Shown here in pieces: positions 1 through 12,504 of a stretch of DNA of 64,000 bases. Position numbers and translations under genes: made by a program. Every line of letters starts with the position of its first letter. Positions within the stretch are counted from its first letter, which is position 1. Origin of the DNA: Chiloscyllium plagiosum (lineage: Eukaryota); the NCBI RefSeq assembly GCF_004010195.1, contig NC_057719.1, positions 93,325,946-93,389,945 of the forward strand, in the 5' to 3' direction. The notes under the pieces were generated by a model that saw only the letters and a program-made list of their open reading frames with translations, was not told the DNA's origin and ran no database searches.

Positions 1-436
1 TTTGGACAAGCAGACAGAAAAGTAGCCGTCAGGGTACATAAACATCAACTAGCCAAAAAAACGAGATGACCCTCTCACACTCGTATCCTCACATATAGAT
101 AGGAAGGAGACTACTTCGGCTGGGAGACAACATCCATTCTCGGACAAGGCAAACAGAGACTCGCGTGAGAATTCCTAGAAGCTGGCATTCCAACTGGAAA
201 TCTATCAACAAACACATCGAGTTAGCCCCCATCTACCACCCCTGAGAAAAAGAACAGGAAAATGCATCAACACAGGAAATGGCATCACCAACCCAGAGAA
301 ATCTAAGCATATAAACAGAAAGCAGGAATTAGCAGCAGTGCTTCGCCTGGAGGCCCAGTGAAAACCATACCTAGTCGGGTGACAAAACGTCTGGAACTGA
401 ACCTTCCAGCTGAGCGAACAAACCGACATCTAGAAC
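1..436 (+). mobile_element. Penelope-like element (Poseidon-type), decayed GIY-YIG endonuclease C-terminus and 3' end
   Basis: Frameshifted GQ..RK.A.RVHKHQLA / REFLEA.HS / SINKHIEL.PIYHPL motifs; homologous to the copies at 22142-22652 and 61660-62122; degenerate hammerhead region near 355-392. Confidence 0.85.
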
Positions 437-2615
437 GAATGACATGTGGAGGTTGCTTTGGAAGCGCTTGTTACGAGTGCTGGATAAGTTTGTCTAACCA
501 AGACAAGCAAGGGATGGTGGGCTGAAACAAGCTTCGATGACAAGAGACGTGGAATATCTCGACAAGTTTATTAAAGAAGCTCATTTAAGGCTGAGTAAGT
601 AAGAATCAGACCGGACTGCAGAGGGTTACAAAGTAGCCAGGAAGGAACGGAATAATGAATTCACAAGAGGTAGAAGGGGGCATGGAAATGCCTTTGCAGG
701 TCCGACTATGGAATATACCAAGGCATTCGAGGAAGAAGAGGATGGACAGAGTGATTGTCGAGTCAATCAGGGAGAGTGGAGGGAACCTGTGACTGCAGTC
801 AGAGGTGGTAAGGGAGGCCCTAAATGAATACGTTGTTTCGGAATTCAGTTGTGTGAGGGAACCTGTCGTTTATGATGATAGAGTTAAATAGACTGATATG
901 GTCCAACAAATATGTGTTAAGGAGGTGGATGTGCCGGAGAGTTTGGAAAACATGAGGATAGACAAATTTCCTGTGCAAGACGGGATGTACTCAAGGCTAC
1001 TAAGGAAAGCAAGACAAGTGATTGCTGCACCCTTGGCGATGACCTTTGTGCCCTCACTGTCCACTGGAGTAGTACCACATAATTGAAGGGTGGAGAAAGG
1101 TTATTCCCTTTCTCAACAAAATGAATAGTAGACCCGAGGTATTATAAACCAGTCAGTCTTATTTTGGTAGTGGGAAATTACCGCATAGGATCCTTAGAAA
1201 CAGGATTGATGATTATTTGGAAAACCATAAGATAAATAGAGATATTCAACATGTCTTTATGAGGGCAAGTCATGCCTCATAAGCCGGACTGTATTCTTTG
1301 AGGATTTGATGAAACACATTGATGAATGTCGAACATTGCCTCTGGTGTATATGGATTTTAGCGAGGCGTTTGTGAAGTTTCCCCATGGTAGGCTTATTCA
1401 GAAAGTAATAATTATGAGATACAGAGAACTTTTGCGGTCTGGATAGAGCATTTGCTGGCCCAGAGAAGACAATATTCAACCTGGAGCTTGGTGATTATTA
1501 AGTTCCACAGGCATGTGATCTGGGACGTCTACTCTGTGTGATTTTTAGAAATGACTTAGATGTGGAAGTGGAAGGGTAGATTAGTAAGTTTTCCAATGAC
1601 ACATAGGGTGGTGGAGTTCTGGATAGAGTGGTGAGATGATTGTGATTGGGCAATGACAGGACGCAGACCTGCGCTGAAAAGTGGCAGATCGAGGTCAAAA
1701 TGGAAAAAAAGTGAGAACAGATTATTTTTGGATGTTCAAAACTTAATACCGATTGCGGGGTTAAGGGCAGGATTCTTGCCAGAGGAGCAGAGGGATTTTG
1801 CATTCCACATCAATCGATCTCTCAAAGTTGCCTCACAAGTTGACAGAGTTGTAAGAAGGCATATGATATGCCGGCTTTCATTAGCAGGGGATTGAGTTTA
1901 AGAGCCATGAGCATGTGCTGCAGCTCTGTAAAGCCCTGCTTAAACATCACTTGGAATATTGTGTTCAATTCTGATTGCCACATTATAGGAAGTATGTTAA
2001 AGCCCTATCGGGGGTCCAGTCGAGATTTGCCAGGATGCTGCATGGATTGGAGGATATGTCTTATGAAGAAACGTTAAGGAAGCTAGGGCTCCTCTCTTTA
2101 CACCGAAGAAGGAAGAGAAGTACAAGATGATGAGCGGCATTGACAGAATGGATACCTGGAGACATTTTTTTTCCCAGGTTGGAAATAGCTATCACGACGG
2201 GGCAAATTTTTCAGAAGATTTTTCGGTAAGGTTAGAGGAGAGGGCAGAAGTAGTTTTTTACAAGATGATGAGCGGCATTGACAGAATGGATACCTGGAGA
2301 CATTTTTTTTTCCCAGGTTGGAATTAGCTATCACGACGGGGCAAATTTTTCAGAAGATTTTTCGGTAAGGTTAGGGGAGAGGGCAGAAGTAGTTTTTCTG
2401 TTACACAGAGTGTGTGGTTCGTGAGATGCACTGCCAGAAGTGGTGGTAAATTCAGATGCATTAAGTACATTTCACCCACTCTTGAATCGGTACATGGATG
2501 ATATTAAAATGTAGTGCATGTAGGTTAATTTAATCTTAGAATAAGATAGCAGGTCAGCACAACATCGAGAGCCGAGGTGCCTGTACTGTACTATACAGTT
2601 CTATGTTCTATGTTC
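437..2615 (+). mobile_element. CR1 LINE, 5'-truncated decayed ORF2 (RT) with 3' end
   Basis: DKFPVQDGMYSRLL (DKSPGPDGxYPRxL-like), NYKPVSL, VYMDF and SKFSNDT remnants; ends in a (TTCTATG)n-type tail at about 2599-2614. Confidence 0.9.
2121..2397 (+). repeat. Tandem duplication, 2 x ~138 bp, inside the CR1 3' region
   Basis: tacaagatgatgagcggc...gcagaagtagttttt begins at 2121 and again at 2259; copies nearly identical. Confidence 0.95.
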
Positions 2616-2761
2616 GAACATAAGCCCAGCATGGGGAGCATTGCAAATCCTTGCCAATGTATTGATGGTATATTGACAACAGTTAACTGCCTCGCATTTG
2701 GAAGTGTAAATTAGATTCCGCAAATGTATGTCGCTGTGTCTCCATTAAACCAATACAACTA

Positions 2762-2960
2762 AGCGTGTGTATATATGTGTTTGTGTGCATGTGCAAGTGT
2801 CTGTGTGTTTCTGTCACTGTGTGTGTGTGTACACGCACGCGTGTGCTGTCTGTCTATCTGTCTGTGTGGATGTGCATGTCTGTGAGAGAGGAGGAAGATG
2901 GAGAGAGGGATAGAGAGTGTGCGTGTGAGTGGGAGTATTTCGTGTGTGGAAGAGGATGTC
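2762..2960. repeat. Degenerate (TG)n/(GA)n low-complexity tract
   Basis: Directly visible dinucleotide-rich sequence. Confidence 0.9.
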
Positions 2961-3329
2961 TGTGGCGGAATCCACAAGATTGGTTCAGACTGGATATTCA
3001 TGAAGTAAATCAGTTTAAATAAGCACGACTGGCAGGGGTTTGCATAATTCATCGAGAGAATGATGGAGGTTCCGTGGACAGATGGGATGACATGCGTGGC
3101 ATTATTAAACTAAAGACATTTCCAGATCCATTAAAAATATAGATCCATGCACACAGGAAGGATGGATGGGTGGGATTTTGGTTTGAGTTTGGAACATCAA
3201 AACAGGTTTGCTTCGGCCAGTTTGAAGATGGGCGTGTCAGCAGCAGATTATTGACATCATGAAGACTGTTTCAAAGATCAATGTTTAAATAGCACATCGG
3301 ATCAGACAGTGAAGTATACTCTGGGGTTA

Positions 3330-3720
3330 TTAGTGGTTACCAATCGGAATGTTCGTGGTGTGGTGTCAGGAAGCAGTTCCTGGTCAAAGGGGTCATCACA
3401 ATTGTGACTCATCTGTGTCAGCCTCAGATATTGGACAGAGATGGAATGGAGTCAGAGGAAGGAATGAAGTTTGTGACAAAATAGAAGACAGTGCTCCCAA
3501 TATTTATAAACACATGCAGAAATAGAATGAATCGTGATTCACAGCTGAAGCTGTGGAGTTTAACATGGAGACTCAGGAAGGAGTCTGCCAGAAGCAAAGA
3601 GGTGGAGTGTGAAAGAACAATTTCACTGATGCAGTAAGTGGTCGGTTTTTCGAGTGAATATCTGCATTTAGAGCATCAGCTGGAACAATAACAGCAGCAC
3701 GAAGAGGAATGTGTATTAGC
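3330..3720 (-). mobile_element. Possible ancient L2-like LINE RT remnant
   Basis: gaagacagtgctcccaatattta resembles the reverse of an L2-type 'LNIGKTEAIVF' segment; heavily decayed. Confidence 0.35.
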
Positions 3721-3824
3721 GAACAGCAATACATTCACGCATATTTATAAAATGATAACTGTACACGGACACGAACGAAAACCAGTTCAGGGTAAGAGAA
3801 GCATTGTAGAAAGTGATGACTTAA

Positions 3825-4010
3825 GATCTGAGTGAAACAGTATGGTGTTGAAAAAGCACAGAAGGTTAGTTATTTTCCGAGGAGCAGGATAATTGATGCG
3901 TCCGGCAGAATTCTCTTGATCAGGAATGACCTTCTGCCTGAAATGTTGACTCTCCTACTCCTCGGATGGCTCCTGACCTGCTGTGTTTTTCAGTGCTACA
4001 CGTTTTCAGA
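3825..4010. mobile_element. Short fold-back PLE-derived element (two inverted copies of a Neptune-type 3' end)
   Basis: Left arm aaaagcacagaaggttag...ccgaggagcagga is complementary to right arm ctcctactcctcgga...ctgacctgctgtgttttt; same family as 46118-46240. Confidence 0.75.
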
Positions 4011-4989
4011 TTAATAAAACTACTGAATAATCAAAAGTCTTTTCGGTAATTGTATTGACAACTGATCACAATACGTAAAACGATAACAAATCATTCCATA
4101 CTAAACCCGTGTCCATTGTTGTAATATTTTAATCTACCTCTCTCCGATCCTGATCGAATGTATTATCATTCGAGTCTTCTCAGATTCTGATCTCTCCTCC
4201 TCCACTTTCTGGAACTGCCGTCCCCTGTTAGTGCTGTCGGTAATGCTCCTGCTCAGACTATATGATAATATATTTTAACATCACCCATTTATTATTGTGA
4301 GATGGAAACGTTCAGTCGGATAATTAGAATGCGTGAGGTTGACATTAATCACTGTAACCAAACAAGCAGTTTCATTTAATCCTTCCTTACATCACTTTTC
4401 ATGTCATAATAAAATGAACTATTTAATCATTCTGGATGGAGTTTGTGAGGGGTTTAGAGGGATGAACCCATAAATCTTTAAACTTTTAAAAGTTTTTTTT
4501 TTATCCTTGTATGTAGAAATGATGCCAGAATACTGCAGGTTTGCATGTGTCCCCCTGTTTATAAAAGCAGATAAGGATAAAATGACAACGCAGCTGCATG
4601 AAATGACTGGTGGGGACATTTCTCCAGACCCTAAACCAGGGCAACAATATTTATTAACTTTGAGTAATGCTGCTGCCATTTTAAAAGGCGTGTAATCAGA
4701 TCGTTTCATAATCTTGAGACATCATTCAGAGCATTGAGACTGCTACTCATGAACAGAAGGAAGAAGTTCTGTCTCCGTGTCCATGTTGCAGAGCGAAAGG
4801 AGGAACCCATTCACTTCACACTAACATATTACCACTTGAAGAGGTGGAAAGTTGGTATGTTGGTCCATTCTGCAAATGGAAAAATTAAAAAAAAAGAGAA
4901 GTGTTACTGCTGCATTACACCTGGAATACATTGTGTTTTTTGAGTTTCTGTATCAGAGAAGGGCGGGAAACTGCATTAGATATAGTGTG

Positions 4990-6755
4990 CCAGTTGCTCA
5001 TAATCCACAGGATTCTGTGTCATTTAAAGTCTCTGGACAATTACAGAGGGATAGGGGAGGTAATTCAGCCTCTCAAGTCTTACTCCCTGTGTGAACAGGA
5101 ATGTGGACTGCATGGGCAATGAGACAACTAACCGCAGCACCTTGGCGTAATTGAGGGGGGAGAACAAAAATGTCATTGTTATTGGGGATAGTCTTGTTAG
5201 GGGCAAATACACTATTCGCTGTGACCAATGTTCAGTGTTCAGAAGGTTCGTGATATCTCATCTCTGCTGCAGAGAGAACTTGGAGTAGATACCAATGACG
5301 TAAAACTAGTACAGGGGTCCTGTAAAGGGAGTATGACTAGCTGGGAGCTAAATTAAAGGTCAGAACTAAAAAGACAATGATCTATTAATTACTCCCTGAC
5401 GCACAAACTAATTGGCGCCGAGCCAACAAAATTAAACTGGTAAATGCACAGCTGAAAGATGGCTGTGGGAGGAATGGGTTTGATGAGACATTGCCACCAC
5501 TAGATATAAACAAGTATGTTACAATTGGGATTAAAGAGACATGGCTGCAGGATGATCAGGGATGGGAACTGAATGTCTCACAGTACTTAGGAAGGACATT
5601 CAAAAAGGAGAGGGTGGTGGATTGTTTTGCTGGTGATAGAAAAATAACACAATAGTGAGAAAGGACATTAGCTCTGGCAATGTGGAGTCTGAATGGGTTC
5701 AGTTGAGTAGAGAAATATCAAGCGACAGAATACATTCTTGGGTGCCATATGTGGAGATATATTTCTTGATGTTGGAAATGGGATTAAACAGGAACTTAGA
5801 AATTGATGTTCTAAGGGAACATTGCTGATCATGGGTGATTTTAATCTACACATGGATTGGGCAAATCAAATTATTTACAAAGCAATAGAGAATGATTTCC
5901 CAGAGCAGGTACGGGATTGTTTTCTTGACCAATATATGGATGAGTCAAATAGACAGCAGGCTATTTTAGACTGAATGTTGGCTAATGAGAAGGGAATCAT
6001 TGCTAATCTAGCTATACGAGAGCCCTTGGCAATGAGCGACTATAACATGAAATTCTTACTTTTTCAAGATAGAAGGTGAGATATTTGACTTAGATGCTAG
6101 GATGCTAAACCTTAATAAAGGAAATTGCGAAGATATGAAGATAGAATTTGTCCTGATAGATTAGGGAGAGTTACTTAAAGGGATAACAGTGGGCAGGAAA
6201 TGATAAACATTCAAGGAATGCATGAGGGAACTGCGCCTACTATTCAGCACAAAATAAAAATTGGTAAGAGGGCAATCCTGGATAGCAAAAGGAAAGTAAA
6301 GATTGCATCTGATTCAAGGATGAAATATATAGACTGTCCAATAAAATGTCTGCGGATTGGGAACAGCTGAAATTCAGCAACGAAGGACGAAGCAACTTAT
6401 TAAGAAGATGAAATGTAATATGGAAGTACGTTTGCAGGGGACATAAAGATGGATACTAAGTTGCTGTAGTTACGTGAAGAGAAAAGGATTAATGAAGACA
6501 ATTGTGGGTCCACTGAAGGCAGAAACACAGGAACATATACAATAATGGGGGAAAAGAAGTGGTTGATAATTGAAATCATACTTCTTTTAGTCTTCGCAAA
6601 AGAGGACACAAAGCTCACGCCATAAATTTTGAGGAATGCAACATTTCGTGAAAGGGAGGAACTGAGGGATACCAATATTTTTGGAAGATTGAAGTGATTG
6701 AAGACGGAGAAATCCACAGGACCCGATAATCTACATCGCAGGGTATTTGTGGAAG
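4990..6755 (+). mobile_element. CR1 LINE fragment: ORF1 esterase region plus ORF2 APE endonuclease
   Basis: VIVIGDSLVRG at about 5172-5204; ETWL, IMGDFN, AILD and SDYN remnants; EKSTGPDNLHRRV at the 3' break. Confidence 0.85.
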
Positions 6756-6759
6756 TGAC

Positions 6760-9670
6760 GTTTTGCAGCAGAAACGGGAGCACTGAGAGCCAGGACCAGG
6801 TCGCCACAGGTAATATAAATTCCTCCTTTAAAAACTTACCTCGTGAGATCAGCAGCCTTCTGTTTTATCACAGTGACGGGTGCGTTAACATCGCAGACCA
6901 GGTGGCTTCAGGGAATGTACACTTCTCCTTGTGGGATTAGCTGCTTCCACTTTTGCAGTACCACCCGAGGCAGGAAATTTGCACGAGCACTTCAGATTAG
7001 TTTAAATCAGTTTGACGGGGGAATGTGAAGAAGAACTACAGATCGGAGGAGAACACAGTTGTTGAATGGATAGGAATAGAAAGCAAACATTCTGTCAGGA
7101 AGGATACACATTTGACTGGGGAAAGGGATGAAGTAATGTGCATCTCTTTCAATGCAAGCAATGTCAGGGATACGAGTGAGGAACCTCGAGAAGTAGAGTA
7201 CTTGGAAACACGATATTGTGGACATAATGCCGACATATATTGCACAGGGGCAGGACAGGTTACTCGCTGTTCCAGGGTTTATAGCTTCTAAAGAAAACAG
7301 GGAAAGAGATAAAAGAGAAGGGGGAGTAGCATTGCTCATTAGAGAGTGCATCACAGCTGCAGAGAAAAGGAGGTTGTAGAGAAGGGTTTATCTATTGAGT
7401 AAGTATGAGTGGAAGTTAATAACATGAAAGAAGCAGTCACGTTGTTGAATGTTTCGAATGCCAGTAGAGAGATGGAAGCATAGACTGGCAAGAAGATCTA
7501 GGAAAGGGGCAGATGGAACAAAGTTGTCATTATGGGTGACTTCAACTTCCCTATATTGTTTGAAACCTCCTTAGTGCAGATAGTCTGGATGGAGCCGATT
7601 TTGCCAGGTGTGTGCAGGAGAGATTCCTGACTGAACATGTAGATAGGCGGACGAGGCGGAGGCCAGATTGAACTTGCTGCTGGTAAACGAGCCAGGTGTC
7701 AAATCACTCGGTGGGAGAGCATTTGGTGACAGTGACCACAATAGCATCATTGTTGCCAAAGCCATTGAGAGATTTGGAGCAAACTGTAAAGGAATGTATT
7801 TAATTCGGAATTGGAAATGACACAGCTATTAGACAGGAGCTGCGGAATATATATTGGGAGCAATTGTTCAACGGGAAATGCACAGCAGAAATGCGGAGAA
7901 TGTTTCAGGTCCACTTATTGCGAATGTTGAATTACTTTGTCCCATTGAGGCAGGAAACGAATGGTACCTTAATGGAGCCTTGGATGACAAGAGCAGAGGA
8001 GCTCCTTGTCAAAAGGAAGAGGAAGTTTACTTAAGGTTGAGGAAGCAACGATCTGGTACAGCTTTAGAAAGTAATCAGATAGTTGGAAAGTAACTCAAAC
8101 ATGGACTGCAGAGAGATAGGATGGGGCATGGAATAGCCTTGGTGGAAAGACGTAGTGCATACCCAACAGCATTCTACACCAGGTGAGGGATAAGAAGGAA
8201 GATCAGATTGACGGTAGAGCTGATCAGGGTCAGTGAAGGGAACATGTGCTTGGATACTAAAGAGACAGCGGAGGCCTTAAATGAGTGCTTTTCTTCAGTA
8301 TTCACGATAGAGGGGGACATTGGTGGTGAGAACACCCGTGCACCAGGCTAATAGGTTAAGACAGAATTGATATTAAGGAAGTTGATTGCTGTAAATTCTG
8401 CGAAGCATCAAGCTCGATACGTCCACAGGGCTGGACTAGAAATATCCAAGTTTACTGCGTGAAATGAGGAATACGATTGCTGCGTCTCTGGCGAAGATCT
8501 TTCAATCCTCACTAAAGAGTGGCACCAACTGATTGGAGGGAGATGAATGTAATTCCTTTGTTCAAGGAAGGGAATGGGCAAATTTCTAGTTATTACAGAC
8601 TAGTCAGTTGTACGTCTGTGGTGAGCAAGATATTGGAAAGGATTCTGAAATACACGATTCATGACTATTTGAAAAAATGATATAGTTTCATTGAATTTCA
8701 CCAGCATGGATCTGCGAGGGGCATGTCATGCCTCACATGTCTTATTGTGTTGTTTAAGAATGTGAAGAGACAGGTTGGGGAAGTTCAAGCATTGAATGCT
8801 CTAATTCAGATTGATTTCCGTAAGGCACTTGAGAAGTTTGCCATGGCCAGCTGATTTAGACAGTTAGAAGGTCTGGGATACAGGGACAATTGGCTCCCTG
8901 GATAGAGAATTGACTGGCTGAAAGAAGACAGCGAGTGTTAGTGGATAGTAAGTTTTCCATCTGGAGGTTGGTGAACAGTGGTGTCCCGCCAGGGTCTGTT
9001 CTTGGGCCTATTCTCTTTACAGTTTTTGTCAATGAGTTGAATGAAGAAGTGGAAGGTGGGGTTAGTGCATTTGCCGATGACACAAAGGTCAGTGGAATTT
9101 TAGATCGTGTCGAGCCTGTTGCAGGCAACAACATGACATTGTCAGGATGCAAAGCCTTGATGAGAATTGGCAGATCAACCTGGTTAAATGCGAATTTATT
9201 CGTTTTGCTGGATCGGATTTGAATGCTCTATACGGGTTTAAAGAAATTATTCTTGGCAGTGTTATGGAACATTAGGAACTGACGTTCATGTTCATTGACC
9301 ACTGAAACTGGCAACATAAGTTGAGTTGTTAAGAAGGTATATGGTGTTTTGGCGTTCTTAAGCAGGATGGTTGAGTTTCAGTTCCACAAGCATTTGCTGC
9401 AGCTCTCTAAACTATGCTTGGTAGTTTTCTGGTCGTCTCATTGTGGGAAGAATGTACATGTTTTAGAGAGGATTCAGTGGTGATTTACCATAATGCTGCT
9501 TTATTTTGAGAGCTTATCTTATGAGGGAGGTTCAGTGAACAAGGACTGTTCTCACTGGAGAGAAGAAGGAATAGATTACATGAACATAGTTTACAAGGTA
9601 AGTGAGGCATAGATAGATTGCATAGCCAGAGGCATTTCTCCAGATCACAATGGCTGCTGTTGGGTGAGCA
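6760..9670 (+). mobile_element. CR1 LINE with 5' monomer remnants, most of ORF1 deleted, decayed ORF2 (APE-RT)
   Basis: CISFNA, MGDFNFP, SDHN, NYRLVS and SGVPPGSVLGPILF..FVNEL..FADDTK (ORF 8935-9222). Confidence 0.9.
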
Positions 9671-9834
9671 ACACAAAAGACCATGGAAAGATACAGTTTA
9701 GTATTTATTCTTATTTTTAAACTGAACAATGACTTAAATGGTAACAAGTTGCAGAAGTATGGGGCAGACAGAGGAATAGGACGAGCCAAAGGACTGAACA
9801 TTTGTTGAGTGAAATCACTTGTTTGTGATTGTGT

Positions 9835-9937
9835 GGGCGGCACAGTGGCACAGTGGTCAGCACTGCTGCCTCACAGCGCCAGAGACCTGGGTTCGATTCC
9901 CGACTCAGGCGACTGACTGTGTGGAGTTTGCACATTT
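9835..9937 (+). mobile_element. tRNA-derived SINE (HE1/V-SINE type), 5' part
   Basis: Pol III A box TGGCACAGTGG (9846-9856) and B box GGTTCGATTCC (9890-9900), followed by the ctgtgtggagtttgcacatt core. Confidence 0.9.
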
Positions 9938-9944
9938 ACCCCTT

Positions 9945-10146
9945 CACCTAACACTACGGGCAATTTAGCATGGCCAATTCACCTAACCTCCACATCTTTG
10001 GACTGTGGGAGGAAACCGCAGCACCCGGAGGAAACGCACGCCCCACGGGGAGAATGCACAAACTCCACACAGACAGGTGCCCGAGGCGGGAACTGAACCC
10101 AGGTCCCTGGCGCTGTGAGGCAGCAGTGCTAACCACTCTGGCACCT
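9945..10146 (-). mobile_element. tRNA-derived SINE (HE1/V-SINE type)
   Basis: Reverse complement gives gtggttagcactgctgcctcacagcgccagggacctgggttc...cccacagtccaaagatgtg...ttggccatgctaaattgccc. Confidence 0.9.
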
Positions 10147-12155
10147 TGCTATCGTGCTGCCAGGATGTGGATGCGAAAATTAGAACCAGAAAGAGATATT
10201 GGTGGAATCAATTTAACCAACAAAAAAAGAGAGGGTTTTAGGATATAGACAGATGGGGGAGAGAGAGCGACATTGTCGTGGAAGGATGTGTTCACTGGTT
10301 TCAGAATGCTGGAATGAAGACATTTGAGCACTTTGCAACACGGGGCAATATTTCCAGGAATGATAGACGAATGAAATATTGGTGTGAATTCAGATAATGA
10401 AGACTTCTGAATGAGTATTCGTTCTACTGATTTGTAACTGGGAGTGGGGTCAACAAATTTTTTGACTCATTGGGCTGAATCTCCCGATAATTTGTCTCAG
10501 TGTCATTTTCAATTAGTGCGACAGAGGCATCATGTGTACGAGGCAGAGGTAGTTTTGTTGTGCTAACTGTTCGAACTCACATCATTAACTACCTACTCAA
10601 AACCATGGTGATCCTCTCATTCAATGCCAGGTCGATTCTGCCACCTATCATGCTTGGATGTACTCTCCATCGTCCGGTCAAGTAGTACAAGACAAACATA
10701 ACCTTTCTCTCTCTGCCAGTATAAGTGACACCATATTATCTCTGCTCCCTCACAATTACTGTACATAACTAGTAGCTCGTACTCCCGAACAAGGCTCATG
10801 CTACACCACTCTCTCTACTGCATACAGCACATTCTCTTTCTTTCTCACACCACTAATACACCCCAATATAATCACATTGCTTGTATTCAGCACTGTTGAC
10901 TGACTCACCCCGGATACGACATTATTTCACCACTACCTACGCCATCACGATCAGCTGTACCGCCCAAGTCCACTCTCCAGCTTCTTTTTCTTTCTCTCAT
11001 AGCCGGGGATACAGCCTGTAATAGTACAGAAATGGCCAAGGTGGTGGTGGATTGCCGTGATATCCATTCTCTCACCCTCACGGTGTGCTGTGCGGGGTGG
11101 ACCCGGTCATGTGTTAGATAGGGCTAAGGACGTCTCCTGTAGAGATTGTGAAACATCGACATACCACTGACAGAGTAAGAAGCAATGTTCATTGAAAGGT
11201 AATTCTCGCTTTTAACCCAGTGTCAGTTCCATTTCCACCTGGCACAATTTCGAAGCCATCGCCCTGATGGCATCTCCATTTTGTGTCAAGTGCGTATAAA
11301 TGAAATCTTCATATTCTTGGACAGCAGGAGAGTGGGCTCACAATACAATATCTGCAGTACTTCCCGGAATGCAGCACGGAATCTTCCTGCTGCAATCCAT
11401 CAGCAAAGTGTTCACGTACTGAAAAGAATCAGCGACATTTAATGTTCTCCCATTTGTCCTGATCTCTCCAATAATCTTTGGTCAAAAACACCCTGTACCC
11501 TCTGCTCATGTGCCCCATTTATATCTGTGCAGTTTGCTTTATGTTGTGTTTCAATGCTCTTCCTACAAAAGCGCATTATTTTACACTGTTCTACATTGAT
11601 CTCCATCTATCATAACCCTGAAGATGGCAGCAGATTTTCACTGTTCTGATGGAATTCTACACTATCCTCCTCACACTGTGTAATTGCTCCAGGAAATCAA
11701 GGCATTGAAATTGTCACAGGGTCACAGATTTACAGCACAACTGAAATTATGACACACAGTAGTGTACAAAAGTTAAATAATGATAAACTCCAGGAAAAAC
11801 AACTGAACCATTGACACGCTTTTCACAGAGCCAGTCAAATAATGACAAGCTGCCAACGAAGTAACAGAAGTACTGGCATACCCCAGACAGAGCGAGTAAA
11901 ATATGAAAATGCACCACACAACAAGAGAAATATTGATTTGAAACCCCATGCCATCTATAAAATATAACTCAATGTTTCTGTATTATCGTGAGATCATCAG
12001 TGTGTGTGATGTCTGACAGTCTCTGTGGTGTTTTAAGTGGCATAATATCATTCTCTGCTTGCCTCCCTATGCCACGGCACAGTCAACAGTGGAGGGATTT
12101 AACAAGAGAGGATGGACAGCAGTTCAGAGCATCATTCAATCTAACAGCGCCATCA

Positions 12156-12194
12156 ACACACACAGACACACACGCACACACACACACACACACA
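12156..12194. repeat. (CA)n microsatellite, imperfect
   Basis: Directly visible. Confidence 0.95.
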
Positions 12195-12504
12195 TGGTGA
12201 GGGGAGGATTACAATTACACTGAGGGCCCCCAGAATTGACCATGCTCTTGTGAATAAATATTTGCAATGTATCGGTAATGCGGAAAATGATTTATCTGCA
12301 GCAGGCATTCCGGATACAGAGTGGACATAGCAAAGAACATTTCCACTGATATTACATTGAAGCAACTCCGAGAGATCTATTATGTAAGGAGGTGAGATGA
12401 ATTTTATTGCATTTTTTGTAATTTGTACTGTATTGTGATTTGCTCTTACAAGTACTGTGAAACGTGTAGAAGGCCAAAAACAGACTAGCAGAGGCAAGCA
12501 TTGT

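Noticed and set aside
9835..9910. tRNA gene
   Set aside because: A and B boxes are present, but the sequence continues into a SINE body found at several other places in the window.
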